Shown piece after piece: positions 9,848-18,665 of a stretch of 64,000 nt of DNA. This DNA is from Alphaproteobacteria bacterium (GTDB lineage: Bacteria > Pseudomonadota > Alphaproteobacteria > UBA7985): contig OZ245893.1 in NCBI GenBank assembly GCA_965229645.1, forward strand, positions 1,465,383-1,529,382. Reading direction: 5' to 3'. A program made the translations under genes and the position numbers. The notes beneath the pieces were generated by a model. The model saw only the letters and a program-made list of their open reading frames with translations, searched no databases and was not told the DNA's origin. Position 1 is the stretch's first letter, and the number at the start of each line of letters is the position of its first letter.

Positions 9848-9890
9848 ATACCAACTGCCAAAAAAGTTGACCCTTTTTTGGTCGTTGGTA
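9848..9890 (+). repeat. Solo head hairpin of the RE repeat at the left island junction
   Basis: ataccaactgccaaaaaagt-tgac-ccttttttggtcgttggta. The rest of RE is absent and the sequence turns AT-rich immediately afterwards. Confidence 0.7.
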
Positions 9891-9964
9891 GAACCGAAAT
9901 CTCGGTATGATTCTTGAAACTCTTAACGGGCGACGAGTTATCCAGGACAACCCATCAAACATAT

Positions 9965-11602
9965 TTAGTCGTCCGTCAAGAATTCCAAGAGTCATACAGG
10001 GGTTTGGGTTAGCAGTTTTTTCGCTCCATTTTTCTACAAGTTTTTGAATATAGGGGTTTAGAACCTTGTAGCCAACTTTTTGCTTTCCTTCTGAACTGAG
10101 ATGTGATTCGCTCATCTGAACCAAATATAGAGGTCAGATCTATGAGCTCCCCCCGACCCACTCACCTTCATTTCAATCACGATCTTTTCAAGCCACGCCT
10201 GGATAGTTTCATTGACATGAATCATGAACTTGTATTGTTATCTGATCGTATTGATTGGAAGGCTTTGGACGCAAAAGCTGCTGAGAAATTTCCTGCCTCC
10301 AGAGGTCGTAAAGCCCTGCCTACACGCTTTACGCTTGGACTTTTGATCCTGAAGTCCATTGATAACTTAAGTGACGAAAAATTGATCCGCCTTTGGGTGC
10401 AAAACCCCTACTATCGGTACTTCACAGGTGAGGAATTTTTTCAACACAAGTGTCCCCACCAACGCGCGAATCTATCTCATATACGAAGCCGCAGGGGCGA
10501 AGACCTAGAAGGGCTTTTGACTGAGAGTTTGTGTGTTGCAATCGATAGTGGCGCTCTTGATCCAAGTACCTTGAACGAGGTCTCGGTGGATACAACGGTA
10601 ATGGAAAAGAACATCACTTATCCCACCGATGCAAAGTTAATGGTTCGCGCGATAACCGCGATTGCTGAGTTGTGCAAAGACAAGGAAATCAAGCAGCGCC
10701 AAACCTATGAAAAGGTCATCAAGACAGCCCATGTGCGGGTCAATCGCTATGCGCATGCGCGCTAGCTTAAACGTATGAAACGGCAATTGAAGTTCATCCA
10801 TACCCGCTTGGAGCGTGTAATCAGGGAGGTATAGCGCAAGACAGAGGGCCAACCTCTGCTGCAGGAGGCCTTTGCCGATGTCCTTTTTAAGGCCAAGCTC
10901 ATTCAGATTGAGTGCGATCCGAGACGAAAGTCGAACAAGGGTCGAAAGATGTACTCCTGGCATGCGACTGAAGTTGAATGCATCGGCAAAGGCAAGGCAC
11001 ATAAGCGTTTTGAGTTTGGTGTTAAGGTTTCGATTGTCATTCCGAATTCTTTATCTCCTGGAGGAACCTTTGTGTTAGACAGCCAGGCCCTACATGGCAA
11101 ACCTCATGACGGAAAAACCCTGAAGGCGGCTATGGAGAGAACACAGGAGAGGATTGATGCTCAAATCCAGGGTATCTTTGTAGACAAGGGTTATCGAGGT
11201 CATGGTTTGACGGGTGTAAAACAATTTAAAATCTATCACGACGGTCAAAAATCTTTGGATAAGGCGTTGCGCGCTAAAGTTAAGCGACGAGCAGCAATCG
11301 AACCTGTGATTGGGCATCTGAAAGAAGATGGACCTATGGGACGGAATTATCTCGCAGGTGAGACGGGAGACAAGATCAACGCTATCATGGCAGCGGTTGG
11401 TTACAACTTCAGACAAATGCTCAATTGGTTGAGGATTCTTTGTGTCCGAATTTGGGTTCAAATTAGAGTCTCATATATAATCAATTTGACCAAATCTGTC
11501 CCTCATTTGCGTCAGATCAGCAATTGCTCCTTTGGCCGAACGACGGTGAAAATGAAATCTTGCATCGTCGCGCTATAAACTGAATTCTTGACGGACGACT
11601 AA
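9965..11602 (+). mobile_element. IS5/IS1182-family insertion sequence (inactive)
   Basis: Perfect 21-bp terminal inverted repeats ttagtcgtccgtcaagaattc (9965-9985) and gaattcttgacggacgactaa (11582-11602) enclose the transposase frame. No clear target duplication. Confidence 0.75.
10142..11578 (+). pseudogene. IS5/IS1182-family transposase with two in-frame amber codons
   Basis: A single frame with a DUF772-like N-part and a DDE C-part (FVDKGYRG, IEPVIGHLK). It is interrupted by TAG at 10763-10765 and 10832-10834. Track ORFs 10103-10765 and 10949-11578 are in the same frame. Confidence 0.8.
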
Positions 11603-11800
11603 CTAGTAACGTCGCCCGACCACTAGAGAAACGCCCATCGCTGTCCTCCATCATCCGAAAGGTTATATCAGCTCTTTGGCCTGGCAGCAGCTTACCATCT
11701 TCGTCAATTCGTGTGTTGTCTATGCCATATCTTGTCGCCGACTCTCCGTTGGCGGGATCGCGCCAATCGATTGCCAACATATCGTCTAGTATTGAGGGGT

Positions 11801-11980
11801 TTACAACTCGGCTCCCGAACGGTCAATCCAAGACTCGAATGAGTTTTGGAGCAGGACAGGAAGCTCCGCAATTACCACATCTGGGATCACATATGTGACG
11901 CCCTCTGTTGGGAGTCCCCTAAACCCCAACTGCCAAAAATCGCTTAACGCGCCTGCATCAAGATAAATTTCTCTTGCCAT
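11801..11980 (-). CDS. 59-aa hypothetical protein with a PIN-like/LDxGA N-terminal unit
   Basis: Below the track cutoff. ATG 11980 abuts the stop of the upstream ORF. MAREIYLDAGALSDFWQLGF..VIPDVVIAEL shows the same pattern as the 71-aa cassette protein. TAA at 11801. Confidence 0.35.
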   Translation of the reverse strand: MAREIYLDAGALSDFWQLGFRGLPTEGVTYVIPDVVIAELPVLLQNSFESWIDRSGAEL

Positions 11981-12202
11981 TTAACCTTCATCTTTCACAA
12001 AATCTTCGTTTCTTACTATGCATATCATTTCGCCCAAGGAAATTTCTGGATTTTCTCGCAAAGCCTTGTAAAGTAATGATTCAACTTTAACAAACACCGC
12101 ACTATGCATTAGCTGCTGCGCTTCATACTCTGTTTTGTAAAGCACGGACCTTTGTCGCTCATTCTCAATTAGAGCAATAGACCTTAATTCTTCATCTGAC
12201 AT
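11981..12202 (-). CDS. 73-aa hypothetical protein (antitoxin-like position)
   Basis: Track ORF, acidic and helical. Its stop TAA is immediately followed by the ATG of the 59-aa ORF. Confidence 0.4.
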   Translation of the reverse strand: MSDEELRSIALIENERQRSVLYKTEYEAQQLMHSAVFVKVESLLYKALRENPEISLGEMICIVRNEDFVKDEG

Positions 12203-12217
12203 TAATTTAATAATCTG

Positions 12218-12379
12218 TTAATCCCACCTTCCCAAAAACTCTAACCTCGATATTTCTGATTTCAAAATATTCTGAATATACTTACTAATTATGCTCAGTG
12301 GCAAAGCGATACGGCTCCAATCATCTCTATTTCGGGGGAATAAATAGGGTCTAAGGTCGTAAGATTTATGGATATTCAT
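12218..12379 (-). CDS. 53-aa hypothetical ORF
   Basis: MNIHKSYDLRPYLF... The ATG lies 2 nt after the stop of the 98-aa gene. Tight operon packing is the only support. Confidence 0.2.
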   Translation of the reverse strand: MNIHKSYDLRPYLFPRNRDDWSRIALPLSIISKYIQNILKSEISRLEFLGRWD

Positions 12380-12381
12380 TT

Positions 12382-12678
12382 CTAATTCCCTTGGTCAACC
12401 TGTAGGCCGTCAAGGGCTAACCCATATGTCGTTAGAATTATGGTAAAGTGAGCTCCTTGACCAGAGTCAGGATCGATATCCACACCATTAGCCAGTCTGT
12501 TTATTTTTGCGGCTTCTTGGAACCAAAAACGGTGATATGCATCCTTGGCCCTAAGAGCCAGGAGGTCATATGCCAGATATAAGTTCTGACCTGATTTATA
12601 TATAAACTCTATATAATCAAGGTCTTTTTGGGTTAGATTTGTAATACTCTTTTTTAGTCTCCTGAATTTACTTTCCAA
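12382..12678 (-). CDS. 98-aa hypothetical protein
   Basis: Track ORF (TTG start). Overlaps the 3' end of the upstream gene by 25 nt. No recognisable domain. Confidence 0.4.
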   Translation of the reverse strand: MESKFRRLKKSITNLTQKDLDYIEFIYKSGQNLYLAYDLLALRAKDAYHRFWFQEAAKINRLANGVDIDPDSGQGAHFTIILTTYGLALDGLQVDQGN

Positions 12679-13493
12679 CTGCTTGATAGAATAAAGACAT
12701 CTTCGACCATTCTATCCATTAACTGCCTTCGGCCCACTGTTGGATCAAATAAGGGGAAACTCAAAAAATAGGCAAAATCCTCCTCTGGCAACCACACCCA
12801 ACCACTACACCCACGACCCTCAGCGCATCGCAAATTCTGATGATACAAAATACTTAGAACAGAGTCTGTGGTGTAGGTTAGCGTCCCATAACGACGAAAC
12901 CGCTGAGCTACATCGCTGGACTCACTGTTGGGTAGCCCTGGCCACAGTATGTGAAATCGAACAATAAACTCATTGGATGCGGGCCGGGGCAAACCAGCTT
13001 CACAAAGTTGCGGCGCAGGCTCAAACTTAGTGTTACGTTCAACATATCTCCGAGAGGGATGCCAAAATGAAAATTCTTTTGATCCCAAATCTCTGGTTTG
13101 AATACTCGGATCATATAGCCCAGTTGCAATATTAAAACCTGTAAAGTGAGATATTTTGGCAGATCTAGCCAAATGTTCCATAGGATCGGCAGCATCTATA
13201 GGGGGATCTAAATACCATGGGTTAAAGTAACCGTAAGGAATTTCAAACCATACCCCCTTATACCAGTATGGCGATAAGACATCCAACCTAGGCCCTGGCC
13301 TAACAGGTTCATTGGTTACGCTAGTCAAATACTGAAAAGTACGTTCAATTCGAGGACTATCTTCTGATGCCCAGTCGGGACAAGGCTCAGAATACGCCAT
13401 GTTCAAAGCCAGTGCCGCGTTCAGTACACTAGCAGCAATCATCCTAATGATCCTGGACTGGATATGAAAATTAGTCTGCATCAAAATACACAA
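12654..13493 (-). CDS. Secreted hypothetical protein (cargo of cassette head a)
   Basis: 279-codon ORF with TTG at 13493 and ATG alternatives at 13481 and 13442. Signal-like segment MIAASVLNAALALNMAYS. The mature part is W/Y/P-rich with no recognisable domain. Confidence 0.55.
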   Translation of the reverse strand: MCILMQTNFHIQSRIIRMIAASVLNAALALNMAYSEPCPDWASEDSPRIERTFQYLTSVTNEPVRPGPRLDVLSPYWYKGVWFEIPYGYFNPWYLDPPIDAADPMEHLARSAKISHFTGFNIATGLYDPSIQTRDLGSKEFSFWHPSRRYVERNTKFEPAPQLCEAGLPRPASNEFIVRFHILWPGLPNSESSDVAQRFRRYGTLTYTTDSVLSILYHQNLRCAEGRGCSGWVWLPEEDFAYFLSFPLFDPTVGRRQLMDRMVEDVFILSSSWKVNSGD

Positions 13494-13671
13494 CCATCAA
13501 CTTCTTAGGACGGTTGTGCCCAAATCTCGAGGCCTGACTACACACTAGCCCTGCGACTTGCCGCATAAGAACGATGGGCCAACGCAACACGCTTCACCCA
13601 CTCCCTCGAGTGTTCTGAAACCTATTCATACGCCTAAGCGTAAACCTTCGACTGGTAAGGTCAACGACATT

Positions 13672-13701
13672 TGTGTAACAAGAGGCCTCAGCATAAGTCA
13701 A
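13672..13701 (-). promoter_or_regulatory. Cassette head box a (sigma70-like TTGACT-N18-TACACA)
   Basis: One of six copies of a conserved 30-nt box. About 75 nt downstream lie GGGAG and the GTG (13590) of the conserved VLRWPIVL start. Confidence 0.35.
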
Positions 13702-13877
13702 GGGGTTGAAAAATAGTTGCAAAATGTAGTATCTAACTCGCTTGCGTGAAACTATAGGCCCGCTTCATAACTAGTTGATTTTTCTAATTTTCTTTGCGCT
13801 CGCGCAACCTTCCTAGCTATGTATGTATCATGAAGGTTCTTAAGGTCGGGTGCAATAAGTTCTGAGCCTGCCTTGCT

Positions 13878-14205
13878 TCAAGTTAAGAAGTGGTTTTCAT
13901 TGCGGCTTGTCCATCGACTCAACGGCAAGGTTGATTGCCTGCAAATCTCGCTGGGTCTCACCGCTCCCCATAAGCTGACCATCCGTCCCAATGTCATCCA
14001 GATTAGTAGAATCTGTGCCAGCAGATGCAATGACAAGGAGGTTGTCCTTTCCTGGATGGAATGAGCGCCTTGTAAGGCCCGTTTCACCTGTAAAAATTCC
14101 GCGGAGGGGGAATAGGCAGTCCACCATCTTTGAATCTAGGTATGTTTCAGAATGCAAAGACTCACAGTCGCTGGAGACATTTGGGCTATCTTCATAGCAT
14201 CTCAT
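13878..14205 (-). pseudogene. Lipase_3-like fragment fused to the last codons of the T1SS domain
   Basis: The N-part (LLVIASAGTDSTNLDD..QRDLQAINLAVESM) ends before the GHSLGG elbow. It is joined to ...NENHFLT* (13878-13898). This is an internal-deletion derivative of 16187-16918. Confidence 0.7.
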
Positions 14206-14314
14206 TTAGCTGCTTTTTTCTCTTGACACTTATGATCCAATTCTTCTTCATAAGACAAATTCGCCAAATCCGCAAACAAACCATACTCTTCCACCTCATA
14301 TTTATCAGCTCCGC

Positions 14315-14875
14315 TCACAACAGTTTCACCAATTCAAGTTCGTCTATTACTCCAATACGATCGGAATTTTCTATTACCCTCCAACTCCAATTTCCCTTGC
14401 GCTCATCTCCGAAATTAGGTGTGCGCCAAATTGAATTGCCATTTACATACACCGCAAATAGACCACTTAAGGTCGCCGTCTCCTGGAATATGGACGACTT
14501 TGAATTGAAACTAGGAAAAAGTGGAGGGAAAAAAAATGGATGAGGTCCTCTACGAGCTAAAGTGAATCTAGAATATCGTTCTGAACCAACTATGTCGTCT
14601 GAATCCACTCTAAAACATATCTGGTAAGGATAAATAGTTAAAAACTTCTTGATCCCACAATAATGATACCCAACACCTCGAGTTTCATAATCTTCCTGTG
14701 ACTTCTCTATCATCCAGTCAGTTTTTGCTAGCAATTCTTGGTCTAGTGTCCATGGAACAAAAATGTCTCTAGCTATCCAAGAAACAGCTTGGTCCCCTAT
14801 CGCCAAAGATGATAAGGTCAATCCCAAGATACGTCCCCAAGACCTTCTTTCCTGGTTAAACTCTATTGCGCTCAT
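14315..14875 (-). CDS. 186-aa single-pass membrane protein (cassette gene)
   Basis: N-terminal TM segment WGRILGLTLSSLAIGDQAVSWIA. ATGA overlap with the upstream gene. Paralogue at 16915-17475. Confidence 0.6.
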   Translation of the reverse strand: MSAIEFNQERRSWGRILGLTLSSLAIGDQAVSWIARDIFVPWTLDQELLAKTDWMIEKSQEDYETRGVGYHYCGIKKFLTIYPYQICFRVDSDDIVGSERYSRFTLARRGPHPFFFPPLFPSFNSKSSIFQETATLSGLFAVYVNGNSIWRTPNFGDERKGNWSWRVIENSDRIGVIDELELVKLL

Positions 14876-15087
14876 AGCAGCTCATCCAATTCAATTTGAG
14901 CTATACCTAATAACCCCACCATCTGATTATTGCCATAACTCTCAGGTTTAAAATCCCTCAATATTTCATCATAGACTTGTCGAGTTATTACAACTTTAGC
15001 GTCACCCAAAATTAGCATGTCAAGGCCACCTGGCGTCTGCATTACGCTATATGCAGCGCCTGTATCTAGAACATTAACTTGCGACAT
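14872..15087 (-). CDS. 71-aa protein equal to the stand-alone N-module (LDTGA module) of the 168-codon cassette gene
   Basis: VNVLDTGAAYSVMQTPGGLDML..VVITRQVYDEI..SYGNNQ aligns with GLVLDTGAAFSLVKTLGGLDIL..GVIIWQIYCEV..SYSENQ of 41127-41633. TAATG and ATGA couplings to the neighbouring genes. Confidence 0.55.
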   Translation of the reverse strand: MSQVNVLDTGAAYSVMQTPGGLDMLILGDAKVVITRQVYDEILRDFKPESYGNNQMVGLLGIAQIELDELL

Positions 15088-15533
15088 TATTCATCTCCTA
15101 CAACAGATGGATTCAGCATAATTTCGGCCTTTATCTTAACAAGATTCTTAGGAATAAGGCCAATGTATGTCTTATAGGCTAAGGAGTCGACTCCCTGAAG
15201 TGCAGATATTGTATCCCCCAAGTTATTGACTTCAGAATAATAGTTTTGAAAATTTCCTGTCTCTTCCAAGCATTCCCAGGGATACTCTTCGTCATCTATA
15301 GCTTCCATGTCGTTTTGACGAAGATAATTTTCTCTTTCGGTTCCTTTTCTTGCACAATCTAAGATATCTGGCTCATTGAGAACCCAAAAGAAATAGGGCA
15401 GAACATCATCAATATGCTTAGTAGCTCCTGCGCCATGCCACACTCGAATCTTGTATATTTCTTTATAGTGCGCTCGCCAATTTTTTGGCGGCTTAAATGC
15501 ACTTAAGCACTCTTCGTATGTATCAGGTAACAT
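15087..15533 (-). CDS. 148-aa acidic cytoplasmic protein (immunity-like partner of the 168-codon gene)
   Basis: Track ORF with AGGGGT upstream. It always lies directly after the 168-codon gene. Paralogues at 17579-18025 and 40660-41106, and a fragment at 36304-36414. Confidence 0.65.
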   Translation of the reverse strand: MLPDTYEECLSAFKPPKNWRAHYKEIYKIRVWHGAGATKHIDDVLPYFFWVLNEPDILDCARKGTERENYLRQNDMEAIDDEEYPWECLEETGNFQNYYSEVNNLGDTISALQGVDSLAYKTYIGLIPKNLVKIKAEIMLNPSVVGDE

Positions 15534-15553
15534 TTGTTAACTACCCCTCAAGG

Positions 15554-16060
15554 TCAATAAATCTGATAAGCCAGATCGGAATTCTCAAAAACAAATCCAG
15601 CCGAAGCACCAATAGCTTTTAAATTTCCTGGTCCACCATACTTCTCATGATCGGGTCAGTTCACCAAACCTCTATCATCCAAAACAATATTAATTGTATC
15701 GTTATTGCTTAAGCCAGATGCCTCTGGTTTGTTCACAACAATAGGTATAGATGTATCACCCAGCTGATTTCCAGATGCAAACATGTTATGGTGTGCTTGA
15801 GTCATGTCGAAACCTGAGTCGATAAAACTTGACGAATTGGAATCGCACCAATTCTTACGCCTAAGTTGATTATCACTATAACTTCCTGGCGACAAATCTT
15901 CCATGACTTCATGCTAAATCTACTGGGTTATTACAACTCTTGACCTACTAGTTGTCCGCATATCCGACCTGACCCAGGTCTTCTCTAAGCTAAATGCTGG
16001 GCCAGCATCCAAAACTAGCCTTGCATCTTCACGCATGAGAACAAAAGACCTACGCAGCAC
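15554..16060 (-). pseudogene. 168-codon cassette gene, copy 1 (nonsense-disrupted)
   Basis: Exactly 507 nt, like the intact copy. TAG at codons 47 and 49, and TGA replacing a Trp codon at 15656-15658. Track ORF 15656-15904 is its middle part. Confidence 0.75.
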
Positions 16061-16143
16061 GGCTCTCTCATCTCCTTTGAGTGTCTTCAGACCCAATTGA
16101 TCACCACTTCATAAGCGCCCTATCTGTTGGGGCCAACGGCATC

Positions 16144-16173
16144 TTTGTAACAAGAGACTTCAATATAAGTCAA
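16144..16173 (-). promoter_or_regulatory. Cassette head box b (TTGACT-N18-TACAAA)
   Basis: Same 30-nt box, starting 14 nt downstream of the stop of the 243-aa gene. AGGAG plus GTG 16060 follow. Confidence 0.35.
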
Positions 16174-16186
16174 AGAATTGAACACT

Positions 16187-16918
16187 TCAAGTTAAGAAGT
16201 GGTTTTCGTTGAGGCCGTGTCCCTTACCTAAAATACGGACTTGGAAGTCGCTGCCTTTGATCCATATCTCTGTCTCATCATTGGTCTCGGTGATGATCAG
16301 GTCGGCGAAGCTGACGCCCAGCTCTGATAGATCAATACGATCTTCTGCGCTGTCGAAGTCCCCGATAACGTCGATCCACTCAGCAATACTATCATCAAAC
16401 GACTCACCCAAACGTTGAGACACGACCTGGGACAGAAAGCCACCCAGAGAATGCCCTGTAATGACAATCTCAAGATCACTGCCTGCTCTACCATCTGCAG
16501 ACAGCATTTTCATGGACTCAACAGCAAAGTTGATTGCCTGCAAATCTTGCTGGGTCGCACCAAAGTTCCAAAGCTGGGCATCCGTCACAAGATCATCCAG
16601 ATCAGTGGGATCTGTGCCAGCAAATGCAATGACAAGGCGATTGTCATTTTCTGAATAGAAAGAGTGCCCTGTGAAACCCGTTCCACCTCTAAGCGCTCCA
16701 TAGGCGGGGAATAGCCAATCCATGTACTTTGAATCTAGGTCTGTATCAAAATGCAAAGATTCATAATCGGTAGAGACATTTTGGCTATTTGCGTAACGTC
16801 TCATATAATTATTTAGCTTCTTTTGAAACTCCACATCCGACTTTTCTTCGTAGGACAAATTCGCTAAGTCCGCGAACAAGCCATACTCTTCTGCACTATA
16901 TTTGTCAGGTTCGCTCAT
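16187..16918 (-). CDS. Chimeric protein: truncated class-3 lipase/alpha-beta hydrolase N-part fused to the T1SS C-terminal domain
   Basis: Residues 1-170 are Lipase_3-like with the elbow ITGHSLGG, but no downstream Asp/His region. By eye, residues 171-243 (16187-16393) are the same nucleotide sequence as 18679-18885, the 3' end of the giant gene. Confidence 0.75.
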   Translation of the reverse strand: MSEPDKYSAEEYGLFADLANLSYEEKSDVEFQKKLNNYMRRYANSQNVSTDYESLHFDTDLDSKYMDWLFPAYGALRGGTGFTGHSFYSENDNRLVIAFAGTDPTDLDDLVTDAQLWNFGATQQDLQAINFAVESMKMLSADGRAGSDLEIVITGHSLGGFLSQVVSQRLGESFDDSIAEWIDVIGDFDSAEDRIDLSELGVSFADLIITETNDETEIWIKGSDFQVRILGKGHGLNENHFLT

Positions 16919-17475
16919 AACAATTTCTCCAATTCAAGTTCATCTATTACCCTAATACGATCAGAATTTTCCATTACCCTCCAACTCCAATTTTCATTGC
17001 GCTCTTCTCCGAAATCAAGTGTGCGCCAAATTGAATTTCCATTTACATACACCGCAAATCGATCACTTAAGAGCGCCGTTTCCTGGAATATGGACGATCT
17101 TGAATTAAAACTAGGAAAAAGTGGAGGGAAAAAAAATGGATAAGGTCCCCTGTGAGCTAAAGTGTATCTGGAGTATCTTTCTGAGCCAACTATATCGTCC
17201 GAACTTGCTCTAAAACATATCTGATGAGGATAAATAATCAGAAATCTCTTGATTTCACAATAATAATACCTAAAATCACGAGCCTCATAATCTTCCTGTG
17301 ATTTCTCTATCATCCAATCAGCTTTTGCCAACACTTCTTGATTGAGCGTCCATGGAACAAAAATGTCTCGCGCTATCCAAGTAACAGCTTGGTCCGCTAT
17401 CGTCAAAAAAACTAGCGACAATCCCAAGATTTGCCCCCAAGGTCTTCTCCTTTGGTCAATTTCTATCATGCCCAT
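16915..17475 (-). CDS. 186-aa single-pass membrane protein, copy 2
   Basis: Paralogue of 14315-14875. ATGA overlaps with both neighbours. Confidence 0.6.
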   Translation of the reverse strand: MGMIEIDQRRRPWGQILGLSLVFLTIADQAVTWIARDIFVPWTLNQEVLAKADWMIEKSQEDYEARDFRYYYCEIKRFLIIYPHQICFRASSDDIVGSERYSRYTLAHRGPYPFFFPPLFPSFNSRSSIFQETALLSDRFAVYVNGNSIWRTLDFGEERNENWSWRVMENSDRIRVIDELELEKLL

Positions 17476-17579
17476 AGCAACTTGTCCATCTCAAGTTCAG
17501 CTATGATTGGAATCTCACCATCTGGCGTCTGCATTAAGCTATATGCAGCGCCTGTATCTAGAACATTAACTTGCGACAT
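17466..17579 (-). pseudogene. Internal-deletion (37-codon) version of the 71-aa gene
   Basis: MSQVNVLDTGAAYSLMQTPDGEIPIIAELEMDKLLWA*. Keeps the TAATG and ATGA couplings. Confidence 0.5.
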
Positions 17580-18025
17580 TATTCATCTCCTACAACAGAT
17601 GGATTCAGCATAATTCTGGCCCTTATCTTAGCAAGATTCTTAGGAATAAGGCCGATGTATGTCTTATAGGCTAAGGACTCGACTCCCTGAAGCGCAGATA
17701 TTGTATTGCCCAAGTTATTGACCTCAGAATAATAGTTTTGAAACCTTCCTGTCTCTTCCAAGCATTCCCAGGGATACTCTTCGTCATCTATAGGTTCCAT
17801 GTCGTTTTGACGAAGATAGTTTCCTCGTTCGGTTCCTTTTCTTGCACAATCTAAGATATCGGGTTCATTGAGAACCCAAAAGAAATAGGGTAGAACATCA
17901 TCAATATGCTTGGTAGTTTCTTCGCCACGCCACACTCGAATTCTATATATTTCTTCATAGTGCGCTCGCCAATTTTTTGGCGACTTAAAAGCACTTAAGC
18001 ACTCTTCGTATGTATCACATAACAT
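17579..18025 (-). CDS. 148-aa immunity-like protein, copy 2
   Basis: Paralogue of 15087-15533, roughly 90% aa identity by eye. Confidence 0.65.
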   Translation of the reverse strand: MLCDTYEECLSAFKSPKNWRAHYEEIYRIRVWRGEETTKHIDDVLPYFFWVLNEPDILDCARKGTERGNYLRQNDMEPIDDEEYPWECLEETGRFQNYYSEVNNLGNTISALQGVESLAYKTYIGLIPKNLAKIRARIMLNPSVVGDE

Positions 18026-18045
18026 TTGTTAACTACCCCTTAAGG

Positions 18046-18552
18046 TCAATAAATCTGATAAGCCAGATCGGAATTCTCAAAAACAAATCCAATCGAAGCA
18101 CCACTAGCTGTTAAGTTCCCTGGTCCGCCATACTTCTTATGATCGGGCCAGTTCACCAAACCTCTATCATCCGAAACAATATTGATTGTATCTGTAGTAC
18201 TTAAGCCAAATGCCTCTGGTTTTTTCACAACAATAGATATAGATGTATCGCCCAGCTGATTTCCAGATGCAAACCTGTTATGGTGCGCTTGATTTATGTC
18301 CAAATTTGAATCGATAACACTTGGCTAATTGGGGTCATACCAATTCTTAAGCCTAAGTTGATTATCACTATAATTTCCTGGCGACAAATCTTCCATGACT
18401 TCATACTAAATCTACTGGGTTATTACAACTCTTGACCCGCTAGCTGTCCACATATCCGACCTGACCCAGGCCTTCTCTAAGCTAAATGCTGGGCCAGCAT
18501 CCAAAACTAGCCTTGCATCTTCACGCATGAGAACAAAAGACCTACGCAGCAC
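18046..18552 (-). pseudogene. 168-codon cassette gene, copy 2 (nonsense-disrupted)
   Basis: 507 nt. TAG at codons 47 and 49, plus a third TAG (..WYDPN*PSVID..). Track ORF 18046-18303 is the remaining 3' part. Confidence 0.75.
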
Positions 18553-18635
18553 GGCTACCTCATCTCCTCTGAGTGTTTTCAGACCCAATTGATCGCCACT
18601 TCATAAGCGCCCTATCTGTTGGGGTCAACGACATC

Positions 18636-18665
18636 TTTGTAACAAGAAACTTCAGTATAAGTCAA
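18636..18665 (-). promoter_or_regulatory. Cassette head box c (TTGACT-N18-TACAAA)
   Basis: Same 30-nt box, 14 nt downstream of the giant gene stop. Confidence 0.35.

Noticed and set aside
9804-9965. Search for a tRNA gene or integrase at either island boundary (also 41640-42100) as an integration site.
   Set aside because: I recognised no cloverleaf-compatible sequence and no tyrosine or serine recombinase ORF. Only the RE head hairpins mark the junctions.
9810-10124. 104-aa minus-strand ORF at the island's left edge.
   Set aside because: It spans the RE hairpin, the IS terminal repeat and the 5' UTR of the transposase. There is no RBS and no coherent composition.
11517-11780. 87-aa minus-strand ORF, considered as a real gene.
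   Set aside because: Its 3' third lies inside the IS5-like element (from 11602 downward). At best it is the IS-truncated remnant of an unknown gene, so I did not call it.
14872-15087. The motif VLDTGA in the 71-aa protein and the cassette N-module looks like the D-T-G-A active site of retropepsin-type aspartic proteases.
   Set aside because: The module is only ~50-70 aa. The second conserved element (LILGD) lies ~17 aa after DTG rather than ~55-60 aa, and there is no flap region. The match is too short to support a protease call.
15656-15658. Possible stop-codon recoding in the island: TGA read as Trp, or TAG as a sense codon. In-frame TGA sits at conserved Trp positions (15656-15658 and head d codon 4), and TAGs interrupt otherwise intact frames.
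   Set aside because: Bona fide island genes end in TGA with canonical ATGA/TAATG couplings (the 71-aa, 186-aa, 243-aa, 116-aa and 228-aa genes and the ISAs1 transposase). TAG also terminates the 98-aa and 118-aa ORFs. TGG>TGA and CAG>TAG are single transitions, so ordinary nonsense decay is the simpler reading.
16187-16918. The 243-aa ORF as a functional secreted class-3 lipase.
   Set aside because: It keeps the GHSLGG nucleophile elbow. However, the sequence switches to the T1SS domain ~15 residues later, so the Asp and His of the catalytic triad are missing. It looks like a recombination chimera.
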